A stretch of DNA of 64,000 nucleotides from Octopus vulgaris (taxonomy: Eukaryota): positions 137,826,001-137,890,000 of the forward strand of contig OX597818.1 of NCBI GenBank assembly GCA_951406725.2. Reading direction: 5' to 3'. A program made the position numbers and the translations under genes. The notes under the pieces are model-generated. The model was given only the letters and a program-made list of their open reading frames with translations. It was not told the DNA's origin and did no database searches. Position 1 is the first letter of the stretch. The number at the start of each line of letters is the position of its first letter. Of this stretch, positions 42,612 through 55,112 are shown piece after piece.

Positions 42612-43021
42612 AGGCGCAGGAGTGGCTGTGTGGTAAGTAGCTTGCTAACCAACCACATGGTTCCGGGTTCAGTCCCACTGCGTGGAATCTTGGGCAAGTG
42701 TCTTCTGCTATAGCCTCGGGCCGACCAATGCCTTGTGAGTGGATTTGGTAGACGGAAACTGAAAGAAGCCTGTCGTATATATGTATATGTATATATGTGT
42801 GTATATGTGTTTGTGTGTCTGTGTTTGTCCCCCTAGCATTGCTTGACAACCGATGCTGGTGTGTTTACGTCCCTGTCACTTAGCGGTTCGGCAAAAGAGA
42901 CCGATAGAATAAGTACTGGGCTTACAAAGAATAAGTCCCGGGATCGATTTGCTCGACTAAAGGCGGTGCTCCAGCATGGCCGCAGTCGTATGACTGAAAC
43001 AAGTAAAAGAGTAAAAGAGTA
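42612..43021 (+). mobile_element. SINE family A, full length
   Basis: Family A consensus. Confidence 0.92.
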
Positions 43022-44081
43022 AATCTATCAATGTGTTCTTCATTTCTTTAAGTCGATAGGATATGATTTCACAGCGGTGCTTCTACTAACTTCTAATCGT
43101 TGAATAATAAAATAAAACTACAGTCGTTACTATGAAACTAGTATGACTTGATATGTACAACGCTTTTGCAAATTGATTTCGGTGTTTTTGTAGTTACAAG
43201 GAGATATGGTCACCATCTCACCCTTAACAACGAAGAACATTTGAGATATAACAGTCGGATGGAGCGAGTTCTATACTAGCTGTTCCATCACTGGAACTGT
43301 AGACATCTGTAAATCTTTCCAGAAGTTTATCATTTAAATATATGTGAGAATGTCTTGATATGCAACTCTATGCATGAGAATACATACATAAAACGTACAA
43401 ATTTGCACATACATACATACATACATACATACATACATACATACATACATACATACACATACACATATGTCTACCAAAATCCATTCACAAAACTTTGACC
43501 AGCTCGAGGTTATAGTAGAAGATACTTACCATGCAGTGGAACTCCTTACTCCACAGCCACACCAACAGCCAGCCCCTTTAATTTACAAAACCTACAAAGT
43601 TTGAGCTTGCCTCTACGCAAAGAAAAGTAATAAATTTGAGGATATTGTCCTCACGTTAATAAAACTTACTTAAAAATCATTCTTGAGTGGTTTCTTATAA
43701 ATAATTATCTCGGAAATTTCATATTCGGAATATTTCTGACCATTACAGAAAATATCCCAAATATTTGGAATAGTCTACAAGACATCTGCAAACAAACTCT
43801 AAACCAGTGTTTACGTCTTAACTATTATCAATATTGATGCATTCATGACATTGATAGGTCAGTTGACTTTCAAATCTCATCTCCGCCTCATTAGGTACTT
43901 CATATAAACAAATACACGCATGCGCAGTGTATATACATGAACACAAACACAGTCATACATACGGATTGTGTGTTCTTCTAATTTATGGCCGAATGTGGAG
44001 ATACATATATCAAGATATATAATGTAAAACGAAAACAAGGTCATATACATACATGTGTGTGTGTGTGATGGCGTGTGCGTG

Positions 44082-44135
<54 letters not shown>

Positions 44136-44339
44136 TGTGTGTATATATGTATGTATGTATGTATGTACGTATGTACGTGTGTATGTAAGCCTGTATATCA
44201 ATGACCTCTCGACCTCACTAAATTGATTATTAATGTATTACCCTATCAAAATATCCTTGTGCATATGTATATATATATATGTATATGCATATATATATAC
44301 ATATATATATACATGTATATATATGTATATATACATATA

Positions 44340-44389
<50 letters not shown>

Positions 44390-44845
44390 CATATATGTGG
44401 GTGGAGGTACAGACACATATATTCACATATGATATACGTCTACACTTCCTCGTGAAAGAATGCAAACAAGTAGATGAAAAAAGAAACATGCAAAAAAGAA
44501 ACCCCAAATAAAATACAAAAAAAAACATGACAGAAACACCCACAAAAACACGGAAATACACCTGTACGTATATGTGGTGGTTGACAAACATATAAATTCT
44601 CTTTTTTTGGGTTTTTTTTTATTTTCTATTCATTTATTTCTTAAGCGGAAAAGTCTGAAAAAAAAAATATATATATTAACAATTTAACATGTCTAACGGT
44701 AGGTTTGTCATCGGTTCTAATATGCAAAACTCTAACACCAATACAAAACTATAGCAACAATAAAAAAAGACTAGAGAACAAAATCTATACGAGGAAAAGG
44801 AATGAAGCGATGAGAGGACGCGAAATGCTCCAATGTTGGTGTCAC

Positions 44846-44963
44846 CTCTGCAGGATGTCCAAGGAATACGAATTATGTTGATATGTTGTCCTAGACAAGT
44901 CTGCCATCATCCCTGCGGGCGAGGATGTGTCCAATCAGACAAATGCAATTAGAAGATACTGAC
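44846..44963 (-). other. Candidate exon (terminal coding or non-coding)
   Basis: T-rich tract then TGTAG acceptor at 44964-44965; unique sequence; phase-compatible with the 46270 donor, giving ...[24 protein letters not shown]. Confidence 0.3.
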
Positions 44964-45302
44964 CTACACTTAAATGCATATGCAAAACAACAAACAAACA
45001 AACAGGCACAAGTGAACACACAAAATAAATGTAACAAAAAAAAAACAAAAAAAAAGAAATCGAGGAGTATTTTTTTTCAAAAAAAAAAAAAAAAGAACAA
45101 GAAATAAAACTATACAAATGTACATTGGGGGGTAAAGGCAACCAGGAACAGGGCTGGGGAAATGGATGCATAAATGAACATATACAATTACACATGCATA
45201 AATAAATGTATGTGTGTATGTGTGTATGTGCGTGTGAAGTGTGTGTGTATATATATACATATATATATATATATACATATATATACATATATATACATAT
45301 AC

Positions 45303-45447
<145 letters not shown>

Positions 45448-45458
45448 CACACACACAC

Positions 45459-45535
<77 letters not shown>

Positions 45536-45679
45536 TACACACACACATATATATATACATATATATATATACATATACACGGTTATTATGCACATATACA
45601 TATATATTCGGATATATATATATTCTTTCACTGATGCTGAGAAATATATTCTTAAAATATAGAGTTATACTTAAATACT

Positions 45680-45723
<44 letters not shown>

Positions 45724-45856
45724 TTGCATATATGTATATTAGGTCCGCAGAGAGATCAGAGTGAGACATTTGTTTACATTTGTCTCAAGTATTCGATTAC
45801 AATGTACCAGATTTGTAACAGAAAACAAAATATTTGGCATTATATATGTGTATACA

Positions 45857-45906
<50 letters not shown>

Positions 45907-46269
45907 TTTATGAAAGAATGGAATTGAATTATCTTTAATAAGATACTTCATTCAACTACTCAAATATATATATATATATATATAAGGGTGTGTGAGCGTG
46001 TGTATACATGTATATGTATGCATCTATGCATATACACATATGTAGAGATAAATTAGTTGTGTATGTGAATACAAGCACACACACACACACTTACACACAC
46101 ACATACACACACTCACATATACACACAAATAATCTATCACTATCTATCTATATCTATTTATCTATATATCTTTATCTATCCACTAATGTCTCTCTCCCTC
46201 TCTCTCTTTCTACCCACGAAACTTTAACTCATACTTATGAAAAGTATGTGTGTGTCTGTGTAGACTTAC

Positions 46270-46415
46270 CCTGTAGCTACCCAAGGTTGGCTAACTATAT
46301 CAATCATTCGGACTCTATTGAATTCAAAAGGAATTAACATCCACAGTTGTACTCTTAGTCCAGTCAGTAAGTCCAAATTTTACCTAGAATTTCAGAGATA
46401 TTCCGTAATAAGAGC
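46270..46415 (-). pseudogene. Candidate exon resembling protein-kinase subdomain XI, with a 1-nt frameshift
   Basis: Acceptor TGTGTTTTCAG| and donor AGG|GTAAGT; 146 nt; 3' part reads LWMLIPFEFNRVRMIDIVSQPWV (ML.P....R....I...PW pattern); one extra A in the A4 run near 46378-46381 would open the whole exon. Confidence 0.4.
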
Positions 46416-46504
46416 CTGAAAACACAATTTTTTTATATTAACAATTCAACATGTCTAACGTTAAAATGAAGTAGAAAACATATTCAATGCAGGGTTATAT
46501 AATC

Positions 46505-47175
46505 TTTTCTACTCTAGGTATAAGGCCTGAAATTTTGGGGGCGGAGGCCAGTCGATTAGATCGATCCCAGTACGCAACTGGTACTAATTTATCGAGCCCG
46601 AAAGGATGAAAGGCAAAGTCGACCTCGGTGGAATTTGAACACAGAACGTAAAGATAGATGAAGTACCTCTTTGTTTACTACCCACAAGGGGCTAAACACA
46701 GAGAGGACAAACAAGGACAGACAAATGGAATAAGTCGATTACATCGACCCCAGTGCTTAACTGGTACTTAATTTATCGACCCCGAAAGGATGAAAGGCAA
46801 ATTCGACCTCAGCAGAATTTGAACTCAGAACGTAACGGCAGACGAAATACTGCTATGCATTTCGCCCGGCGTGCTAACGATTCTGCCAGCTAGCCGCCTT
46901 GTACAGCGTTATATAATACATACTTACTGGCACTCCATCGATCACGAACGAAGTGTCTTCCTGTTGATCCCATGAACGGAACAGACTGCTCGTGAAATTA
47001 ACGTGCAAATTAACGAACGCGTGTACCTCTAATATTATTCTCATGAAGATTCAGCGTGATGCAGAATGTGACAGGTTGGCCGTTCGAAATGTAGGTACTA
47101 CTCATTTTTGCCAGCTGTGTGGACTGGTGCAACGTGGATTATTGCGCCTTGCTCAAGGATACATCTCGCCACTGG
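46505..47175 (-). mobile_element. Two tandem family C SINEs (46505-46665, 46668-46899) and a diverged family B copy (46928-47175)
   Basis: Family consensus matches. Confidence 0.8.
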
Positions 47176-47215
47176 GTATAGGTAGATAGATAGATAAATA
47201 GATAGATATTCATGG

Positions 47216-47246
<31 letters not shown>

Positions 47247-47289
47247 GAGACAGACAGATATGTGTAAGTATGTGTTTGTGTAAACATAC

Positions 47290-47341
<52 letters not shown>

Positions 47342-47960
47342 ATATATAAAGGGTGAAATATAATTAATTCGATAAAATTAATAAATTTCACCTTGTAGTT
47401 TTTTCGGTATGGAAAGGACCATATTCGGTAAAAATTATATATAATTATAATAAAGGGTTAATTTGTATATATGCATATACAAATACATGCATAATCGCAC
47501 GAGTATGTGTACTTATATATGTGTTACGTTACTTATCTAGTACACAATTTCTTCTGTTACAACACACCTTAATCGCACACTGCGGTGTACACGTAAGATA
47601 TCAAAAATCAGGACTCATTAGTTCAACCTATATACTGCCGCTACCGCGGAGTAATATCACAAGCTTGAAAATAAAACCGACGTAAATTCTTATTCATAAG
47701 AAGAACATCGTCCAGCGTATTTCTTCTGAGTAATACAATAGTTAATAATCCAGCGGTCAGTCACCTTAGCCTGTATGATACAGTCATTGAGAATTTGTCA
47801 ATACAACAAAAGTAGATTCAAGACGGCTTAAGGAGAATTCAAATCACATTTTGTCTTCTTATTGAATGCGTCCTTTCATTAATTTGCGTTTAGTTCTGTA
47901 TTGTCTCTTCACAATAAAGCTAAAAATAGTAACACGCACAAATATTAGATAGCGCTCTAT

Positions 47961-48339
47961 GGAAGCACTCCGTCGGTTACGACGACGAGGGTTTCGGTTG
48001 ATCCGAATCAACAGAACAGTCTGCTCGTGAAATTAACGTGTAAGTGGCTGAGCACTCCACAGACACGTGTACCCTTAACGTAGTTCTCGTGTATATTCAG
48101 CGTGACACAGAGAGTGACAAGGCCGGCCCTTTGAAATACAGGTACAACAGAAACAGGAAGTAAGAGAAAGTTGTGGTGAAAGAGTACAGCAGGGATCACC
48201 ACCATCCCCTGCCAGAGCCTCGTGGAGCTTTAGGTGTTTTCGCTCAATAAACACTCACAACGCTCGGTCTGGGAATCGAAACCGCGATCCTATGACCGCG
48301 AGTCCGTTGCCCTAACCACTGGGCCATTGCGCCTCCACT
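47961..48339 (-). mobile_element. SINE family B (tail type 2), full length with 13-bp TSD
   Basis: TSD GATAGCGCTCTAT at 47948-47960 and 48340-48352. Confidence 0.93.
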
Positions 48340-48378
48340 GATAGCGCTCTATACAGCTGCAAGGTATAAGTATTAAAT

Positions 48379-48729
48379 GTGGAGGCGCAATGGCCTAGTG
48401 GTTAGGGCAGCGGACTCGCGGTCGTAGGATCGTGGTTTCGATTCCCAGACCGGGTGTTGTGAGTGTTTATTGAGTGAAAAATACCTGAATCTCCACGAGG
48501 CACTCCTTCACTACAACTTTCTCTCACTCTTTCTGCCTCTTTGTGTTGTACCTGTATTTCAAAGGGCCAGCCTTGTCACACTCTGTGTCACGCTGAATCT
48601 CCCCGAGAACTACGTTAAGGGTACACGTTTCTCGTTAGATTGCTCAGCCACTTACACGTTAATTTCACGAGCAAGCTATTCCGTTGATCGGATCAGCTGG
48701 AAGCCTTGTCATCGTAACCGACGGAGTGA
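48379..48729 (+). mobile_element. SINE family B (tail type 2), head-to-head with the previous copy
   Basis: GTGGAGGCGCAATGGCCTAGTGG head, GTTTCGATTCC B box; GTATTAAAT on both flanks. Confidence 0.92.
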
Positions 48730-49036
48730 CCCGATATGTATTAAATATTTCCTTCTGGATTTTGTTTAGTTAAATCGAAACATCGTCCCCTTGAATGCAT
48801 AACTGAATATGTTTAATTGGAATTTACAAAACAAAAAAAAAACAAAAAAAGATGGAGACGGGTATGTAAACAACAAACGGATGTATGAGTTTAACGCTTG
48901 GGAGGTGAGAAAGTCTGTTACGTTTCGAGCCTACAACAGAAAGGAACACAGCAATAAGCAGAGAGAGAAAATAAAAAAAAGGTTTAAGTCAGATTTAAAG
49001 AATGGGTCACGTGACCCATGCTTTAAATATATTTAA

Positions 49037-49432
49037 CTAACAGTATCGCCCGGCGTTGCTCGGGTTTGTAAGGGAAATAACTATATAAGCATTTTTAGAG
49101 AGTTATAGCCAAAAAATAGCAAAAAAATGCATTAAAAATGGAAAAAAAATTATGGTAATTTTTTTTTTTAAATCGTTAACTCATCGTAGACATTTTTAGA
49201 GAGTTACTTCCCTTATATTAAAAAAATATGCATTAAAATGGAAAAAAATGATGGTAAATTATTTTTAAAATCGTAGACTCATCGTAGACGCGAGCTAATA
49301 CCCAGAAGGGCTTGATATGAATCACGACTATAAGATACCCGGTTTTGGTTAAACTGCACCGCAAAATGTGGGAGTAGTTAGGAATCTAAATTAGAGTAGA
49401 CAGACACACAACCTTTCTTTTATATATAAAGA
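49037..49432 (-). mobile_element. Non-autonomous Helitron, second copy
   Basis: Highly similar to 30376-30774; 3' CTAG mutated to TTAG. Confidence 0.88.
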
Positions 49433-49707
49433 TATAATTAAAGTGCGTGTATGAGTGTGTTTGTGTGTGCTTGTGTGTGTTTGTGTGTGTGTGTGTGTGT
49501 AAAGAGACGAGCTGACAGAAACGGCAAATTAGTGGTATTTCTTCCGTCCGTAAGTTGAGTTCAAATTGCGCCGGGGTCGACTTTCATCGTTTCGAAGGCC
49601 GATAAAATCAGTATCATTTGAACATTGGGCTCGATGTCATCGACTTACCCAATCCCATATAGGGAAACCTATATGTGTGTCTGTGTAAATCTATCTAACT
49701 ATCTATC

Positions 49708-49790
<83 letters not shown>

Positions 49791-49793
<3 letters not shown>

Positions 49794-50194
49794 CGTAGGA
49801 GTGGCTGTGTGGTAAGTAGCTTGCTTACCGACCACATGGTTCAGGGTTCAGTCCCACTACGTGGCACCTTGGGCAAGTGTCTTCTACTACAGCCTCGGGC
49901 CGACCAAAGGCTTGTGAGTGGATTTGGTATACGGAAACCGAAAGAAGCTCGTCGTATATATGTATATATATGTATGTGTGTATATGCTTGTATGTCTGTG
50001 TTTGTCCTCCCAACATCGCTTGACAACCGATGCTGGTGAGTTTACATCCCCGTAACTTAGCGGTTCGGCAAAAGGGAACGATAGAATAAGTACTAGCCTT
50101 ACAAAGAATAAGTCCTGGGGTCGATGTGCTCGACTAAAGGTGGTGTTCCAGCATGGCCACAGTCAAATGACTGAAACAAGTAAAAGAGTAAAAG

Positions 50195-50196
<2 letters not shown>
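49791..50196 (+). mobile_element. SINE family A
   Basis: Family A consensus. Confidence 0.92.
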
Positions 50197-50230
<34 letters not shown>

Positions 50231-50236
<6 letters not shown>

Positions 50237-50428
50237 CATCATCATCATCATCATCATTTAGTGTCCGCTTTCCATGCTAGCATGGGTTGGACGGTTCAAC
50301 TGGGGTCTGGGAAGCCAGAAGGCTGCACCAGGCCCAGTCTGATCTGGCAATGTTTCTACGGCTGGATGCCCTTTCTAACGCCAACCACTCTGTGAATGTA
50401 GTGGGTGCTTTTTACGTGCCACCGGCAC
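50231..50428 (-). mobile_element. 3' fragment of a retroposon with (ATG)n tail
   Basis: GC-rich body (GGTTGGCGTTAGAAAGGGCATCCAGCCGTAG on minus) ending in a trinucleotide tail; family not assigned. Confidence 0.55.
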
Positions 50429-50466
50429 ACACATATATATATATATAAAATATAATATATATATAC

Positions 50467-50563
<97 letters not shown>

Positions 50564-51136
50564 GATTGGGTATTTTACCATTATACGTCGGAAAAGGTTG
50601 GCAGCAGACAGCCACTCGTCACGAATTCGCAATCCTTCAGATACTGGCTGAATGCTCTACTATTAAGCTAAACAACCAGTTGACAACAATTTTGTCAGTA
50701 ACATATATATATTATTAATACACAAGTATTTTTTCATTGCATGGAAATTACACTACTGAATGCAATAAATGGATGAGGGTAAAAAGTTGTTTATCCTTAA
50801 TTTATAAGGCAATAAGAAATAGGGATCAAGAGGTGGTATTTATCAACTTTTAGACATTGTATTATGCCTATTTATTTTTAAAAACAATTATAACAATATA
50901 CATATATGTATAACATATTATGCTTTGCATTTATAAAAATACCAGTAATTATTAAAATATATAACGTAGAACATAGAAAGTAGAATATTTTCTTACGGCT
51001 GTTTCGGCCAAGAGATCGTAGTACTCCACTTTACTTCCGTCCCTTCAGTGAACTGAAGTATTTGGTAGATAAGATTAAGGTACTTGGGTGTGCCTCTAAC
51101 CCACTTATTGTGGACCTTTATCTTAAGCCCTCAATA

Positions 51137-51430
51137 GACTAAATGAGAAACGATACCATAGAAAACTGAAACATAGAAAACGAACGTTTTTTCGAACGAA
51201 AAAACAAACAAACAGAGAAACGAGACATGTAGCATAAAGAATATTCCCTTCATCAGTTGCCCCCTGTTTTACCTATCTTCAAAACGCGGAGTAAATAAAA
51301 CAGGGGACAACTGATGAAGGAAATATTCTTTATGTTACATGCCTCGTTTCTCTGTTTTTTGTTTCTTTCGTTGTTCGTAAAAAAGTTCGTTTTCTGTTAT
51401 TGTTTTTATGTTATCGTTTCTCACTTAGTC
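51137..51430. repeat. ~290-bp imperfect inverted repeat followed by a ~120-bp tandem duplication
   Basis: AAAGAATATTCCCTTCATCAGTTG.CCCCTGTTTTA vs TAAAACAGGGGACAACTGATGAAGGAAATATTCTTT; outer ends GACTAAATGAGAAACGATA / TATCGTTTCTCACTTAGTC. Confidence 0.9.
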
Positions 51431-52469
51431 TGCGTTTTTTTATCTTCTGTACCCATATATGCATGTATATCTACATGTATATGTAGGTATGTACATATAT
51501 GTATGTATATATGCATACATATATGTACATATGTTTTCGTTTCTCACTTTGTCTACGTTTTTTTATCTTCTGTACCCATATATGCATGTATATATACATA
51601 TATATGTAGGTATGTACATATATGCATGTATATATGCATATATTTATATATTATTTCTCTTTCTCTCAGTATGTATGTATGTGTATATACAGACATATAT
51701 GTATATATATATATACATACATGCATATATACACACGTACATACATTTATATATAAACACATTGTATGTCCTTATACATCTATAATTTATATATTTATAC
51801 GTGTGTGCGTGTTACTTGCGCTCGCACGCATGTATATGAGTGTGTATATGTGAATATTTTGTGTTGGATATATTTTTGTGCGTGTATGTGCTTGTGTGTC
51901 CAATGCGCGTGTCGTACTAGAGTCGGAATATTGATCACTTCCAGTAAATTTTGTTTTGAAAATTTACAGAATTACTTTTCGGATTTGGATGAGAACCGAA
52001 GCGAAGTGAGTCATGCATATTTGACACTGAGAATGTAGTCGGTCTATAAAGTGTGGACATGTTAGCATATGGGACACATCTTCCCCGAGTTATTATTGCT
52101 TTCATCATTGGAACAACGAATGGAATTTAACCGAGATGTTTCCGATTATAGAACACAAACAAATTCAAACGAGTCTTGTCAATAGGGTAACTAATAGAAC
52201 AGAAGACTACTTCTGTTTTGTTTAGAGTAAGAGGTTGGTGAGGGTTGCGATTAATGAACAGATCTCTTCTGGTGCCGTTACTAATGAGATAAAGCGTTAT
52301 CAAAGTACAATTATGAGGAAGCAAAGAGCAAATCGTAGTTCGATTAGTAGAATATATTATACTAACACATCGCGACATCACCAACAATGTGTTACAATAC
52401 TCCGCAACTGAACGCTTCATGAAATTTGAATTGTTGGTATCACAGTACGGAAACAACTGACTGCCTCCA

Positions 52470-52615
52470 GCAACTTCCGGAACAATAGAGACATTTGACA
52501 GAGCGGAAGTCAAGCGGAAGTAAAGAAAAAGAAGTAACAAATTACAACAGTCGAAGCATCGTATGTATTGTGTCTTTGGATATGAAACCGTGGTCTCTGA
52601 GAACAAACATGGTGA
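52470..52615. promoter_or_regulatory. Candidate housekeeping-type promoter with three ETS/GABP motifs
   Basis: ACTTCCGG 52473-52480, GCGGAAGT 52503-52510 and 52514-52521. Confidence 0.35.
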
Positions 52616-53055
52616 TCAAATATTTACATAAGGCGACAATAAATGTTAGGAGACCCGTTAAAACAGTAGACAGATGTTCAGAGGAAGATATTTACTGGAT
52701 ATCGATATTGATTTAATCTGATTAAGCATGAGTTCAATCGTTCGTAGAACAGCATAATCAATGAAAACTCCCTGAATATATTACTGGTAATTTCCTTTTT
52801 TTTTGTCTTATGAATTCCCACGTATTGGAAAGAAGGCTTCTAAGCCAAAAAATAAAATTTAAAAAGCGAAGCATAATGTACTAAGACTTACAATTTCCAT
52901 TAAGTGAACTTCAAGATGATCCACTATTATTTAGAGCAATGATATCCAGCAGTTGAAGGTTTCAGGAAATGTAGCACCAAAATTCTTATTAAATCAACCA
53001 CTATGTCTATCTAGAACAAGACAGATGTTGCAAAATGTGGATTATGATAAAACTG

Positions 53056-53155
53056 NNNNNNNNNNNNNNNNNNNNNNNNNNNNNNNNNNNNNNNNNNNNN
53101 NNNNNNNNNNNNNNNNNNNNNNNNNNNNNNNNNNNNNNNNNNNNNNNNNNNNNNN
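53056..53155. other. Assembly gap (100 N)
   Basis: Exactly 100 Ns, typical of an unsized scaffold join; contiguity across it is not guaranteed. Confidence 0.99.
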
Positions 53156-53612
53156 CAATGCAATATTCAGCAATGATTTTTTTCCTTGGCTGATTTTGCA
53201 ACATTATCTGCCGTCTCGCCTATTTATAAAACCAATGCCATGAAACAGTCATTTACCAAACATCTGTTCTCATTAAAGGATCAAAGAGACTGGAAGAACT
53301 TAAGGAATTCTATATTCTGTGGATCCTTTTTATAGTAATTTTTCAATACTACAATCAATAAATTTGATTTTTAAAATCTTTTTTTTTATATTCGTTCGAT
53401 TCTTTCCTCCATTTTGGATGCCAACACACACATACACGCAAACACATGCACACATAAAAACACAAACACACATACAAACTCTCTCTCTCTCTCTCTCTCT
53501 TCTTTTCTCTCTCGCTTTCTCACTCTTTCCTTCTCATTCTAACTCTTTCTTCTTCGTGTCTTTTTCAATCTTTTGGCTCACAAATACAACATATACACAG
53601 ATGTACACACAT

Positions 53613-53645
<33 letters not shown>

Positions 53646-54163
53646 CACACACACACGCACGCATTTATTTATTTATTTATTTATGCCCGTGTATGTATAC
53701 GTATGAATATATTTATAAACGTATGTAAAAATATTGTCTTATGCGTGTGAGTGCGTGTGAGTGCGTGTGAGTGCGTGTGAGTGTGTGTCTGCGTGTGCAT
53801 GTGTGCATGCATGTGTGTGTGTGTGTATGTGTGTGCGTGTGAGAGAGAGAGAGAGCGTGTGTGTGTGTGTGAGTTGAACATTTGCCTGTTTGAGTTTGTG
53901 TGTGTAGCTGCATGTATATGACGTTTGCTATCAAAATCTATTTAAAATTGATTATTTAATGTCATTTACAAATGTCGTTAATTTTACAAAAATAATTCAA
54001 ATATTATCCTAATCTTGATTTCTAAGCAATCTTGTATGGCTGTATGGTTAAGAAGCTGACTTTGCAAGCATTTGGAAACACCTGCGTGATTTTCAACTCA
54101 AATCTGCGCGGAGTTGACCTGGAGATTCGAAGCAACAATGTAACCTTCACGTAATTAGGGTAT

Positions 54164-54255
54164 GCTCCGCCTGATGACTATCTAAGTTGAGTACAGCTCA
54201 TTGGTAATTATTACGTCAGAGGATCGGCTAGCTAAGAAACATATGTAGTTTGGAG
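54164..54255 (+). ncRNA. Degenerate type I hammerhead ribozyme
   Basis: CTCC-GC|CTGATGA (54171-54177)...GAAA (54236-54239), palindromic stem III ACATATGT, GUA cleavage triplet 54245-54247, then GT-TT-GGAG pairing back to stem I; stem II closing pair is mismatched. Confidence 0.55.
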
Positions 54256-54302
54256 TTTACCTGTTCCACTCCCTCAATTTGTTTGTGTATGTGTGCGAGT
54301 GT

Positions 54303-54345
<43 letters not shown>

Positions 54346-54487
54346 TGTGTGTGTGTCTATATACATATAATAAACTTAGATAAACCTAAATATGTTTCGA
54401 CCAAAGATTGGTCCAGGCCATGTCAATATATTCATTTATTTTTACTCTTTTTTTCTTTTATACGTTTATATATATGTTTAGACATAC

Positions 54488-54584
<97 letters not shown>

Positions 54585-54597
54585 GTATGTATTATAT

Positions 54598-54870
54598 CGC
54601 AATGGCCCAGTGGTTAGGGCAGCGGACTCGCAGTCGGAGGATCGTGGTTTCGATTGTGTGTGTTTATTGAGCGAAAACACCTAAAAGCTCCATGAGACTC
54701 CGGCAGTGGGTGATTAGGACCCCAAATGAACTCTTTCGCACCAACTTTCTCTCACCTGTTTCATGAGTAATGCTGCGATGGACTGGCGTCCCATCCAGCT
54801 GGGGGGAACACATACGCCATAGAAACCGGGAAACCGGGCCCATAAACCTGGCTAGGCTTGAAAGGGGCGC
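54598..54870 (+). mobile_element. SINE family B, tail type 1
   Basis: Homologous to 24639-24943. Confidence 0.88.
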
Positions 54871-54911
54871 ATAAAAAAATATACATACATACATGCATAT
54901 ATTTATATATG

Positions 54912-54971
<60 letters not shown>

Positions 54972-55041
54972 CACATACATGCATATTTGTTTTCGACTAT
55001 AGAACTCAAAGTAGACAATGTTATTCATGAGAAAAATACGA

Positions 55042-55112
55042 CGGCTGCCCGTGGGAGACGAACCCAGACCTTCTACAAATATGACAGACGTTCGTTCCAT
55101 CACTGGACAACT
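55042..55112 (-). pseudogene. tRNA-like relic or old SINE head
   Basis: Minus strand GTCCAGTGATGG...CTGTCAT...GGGTTCGTCTCCC resembles A box, anticodon loop and T arm. Confidence 0.3.

Noticed and set aside
44810-44952. Cys-rich + strand peptide (CCPRQVCHHPCGRGC), WAP-like
   Set aside because: Cys spacing does not fit WAP and there is no + strand splice context
47650-47771. Minus-strand TD...AGLLTIVLL...DD resembling kinase subdomain IX
   Set aside because: Needs a frameshift and loss of the Trp, and no suitable donor; too weak
50997-51137. Minus-strand exon-like segment containing GTPKYL (kinase subdomain VIII-like)
   Set aside because: No APE follows, all frames from the acceptor hit stops, and the acceptor belongs to the adjacent repeat
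52127-52606. 159-aa minus-strand ORF in unique DNA
   Set aside because: No recognisable domain or splice context; starts at a non-ATG codon
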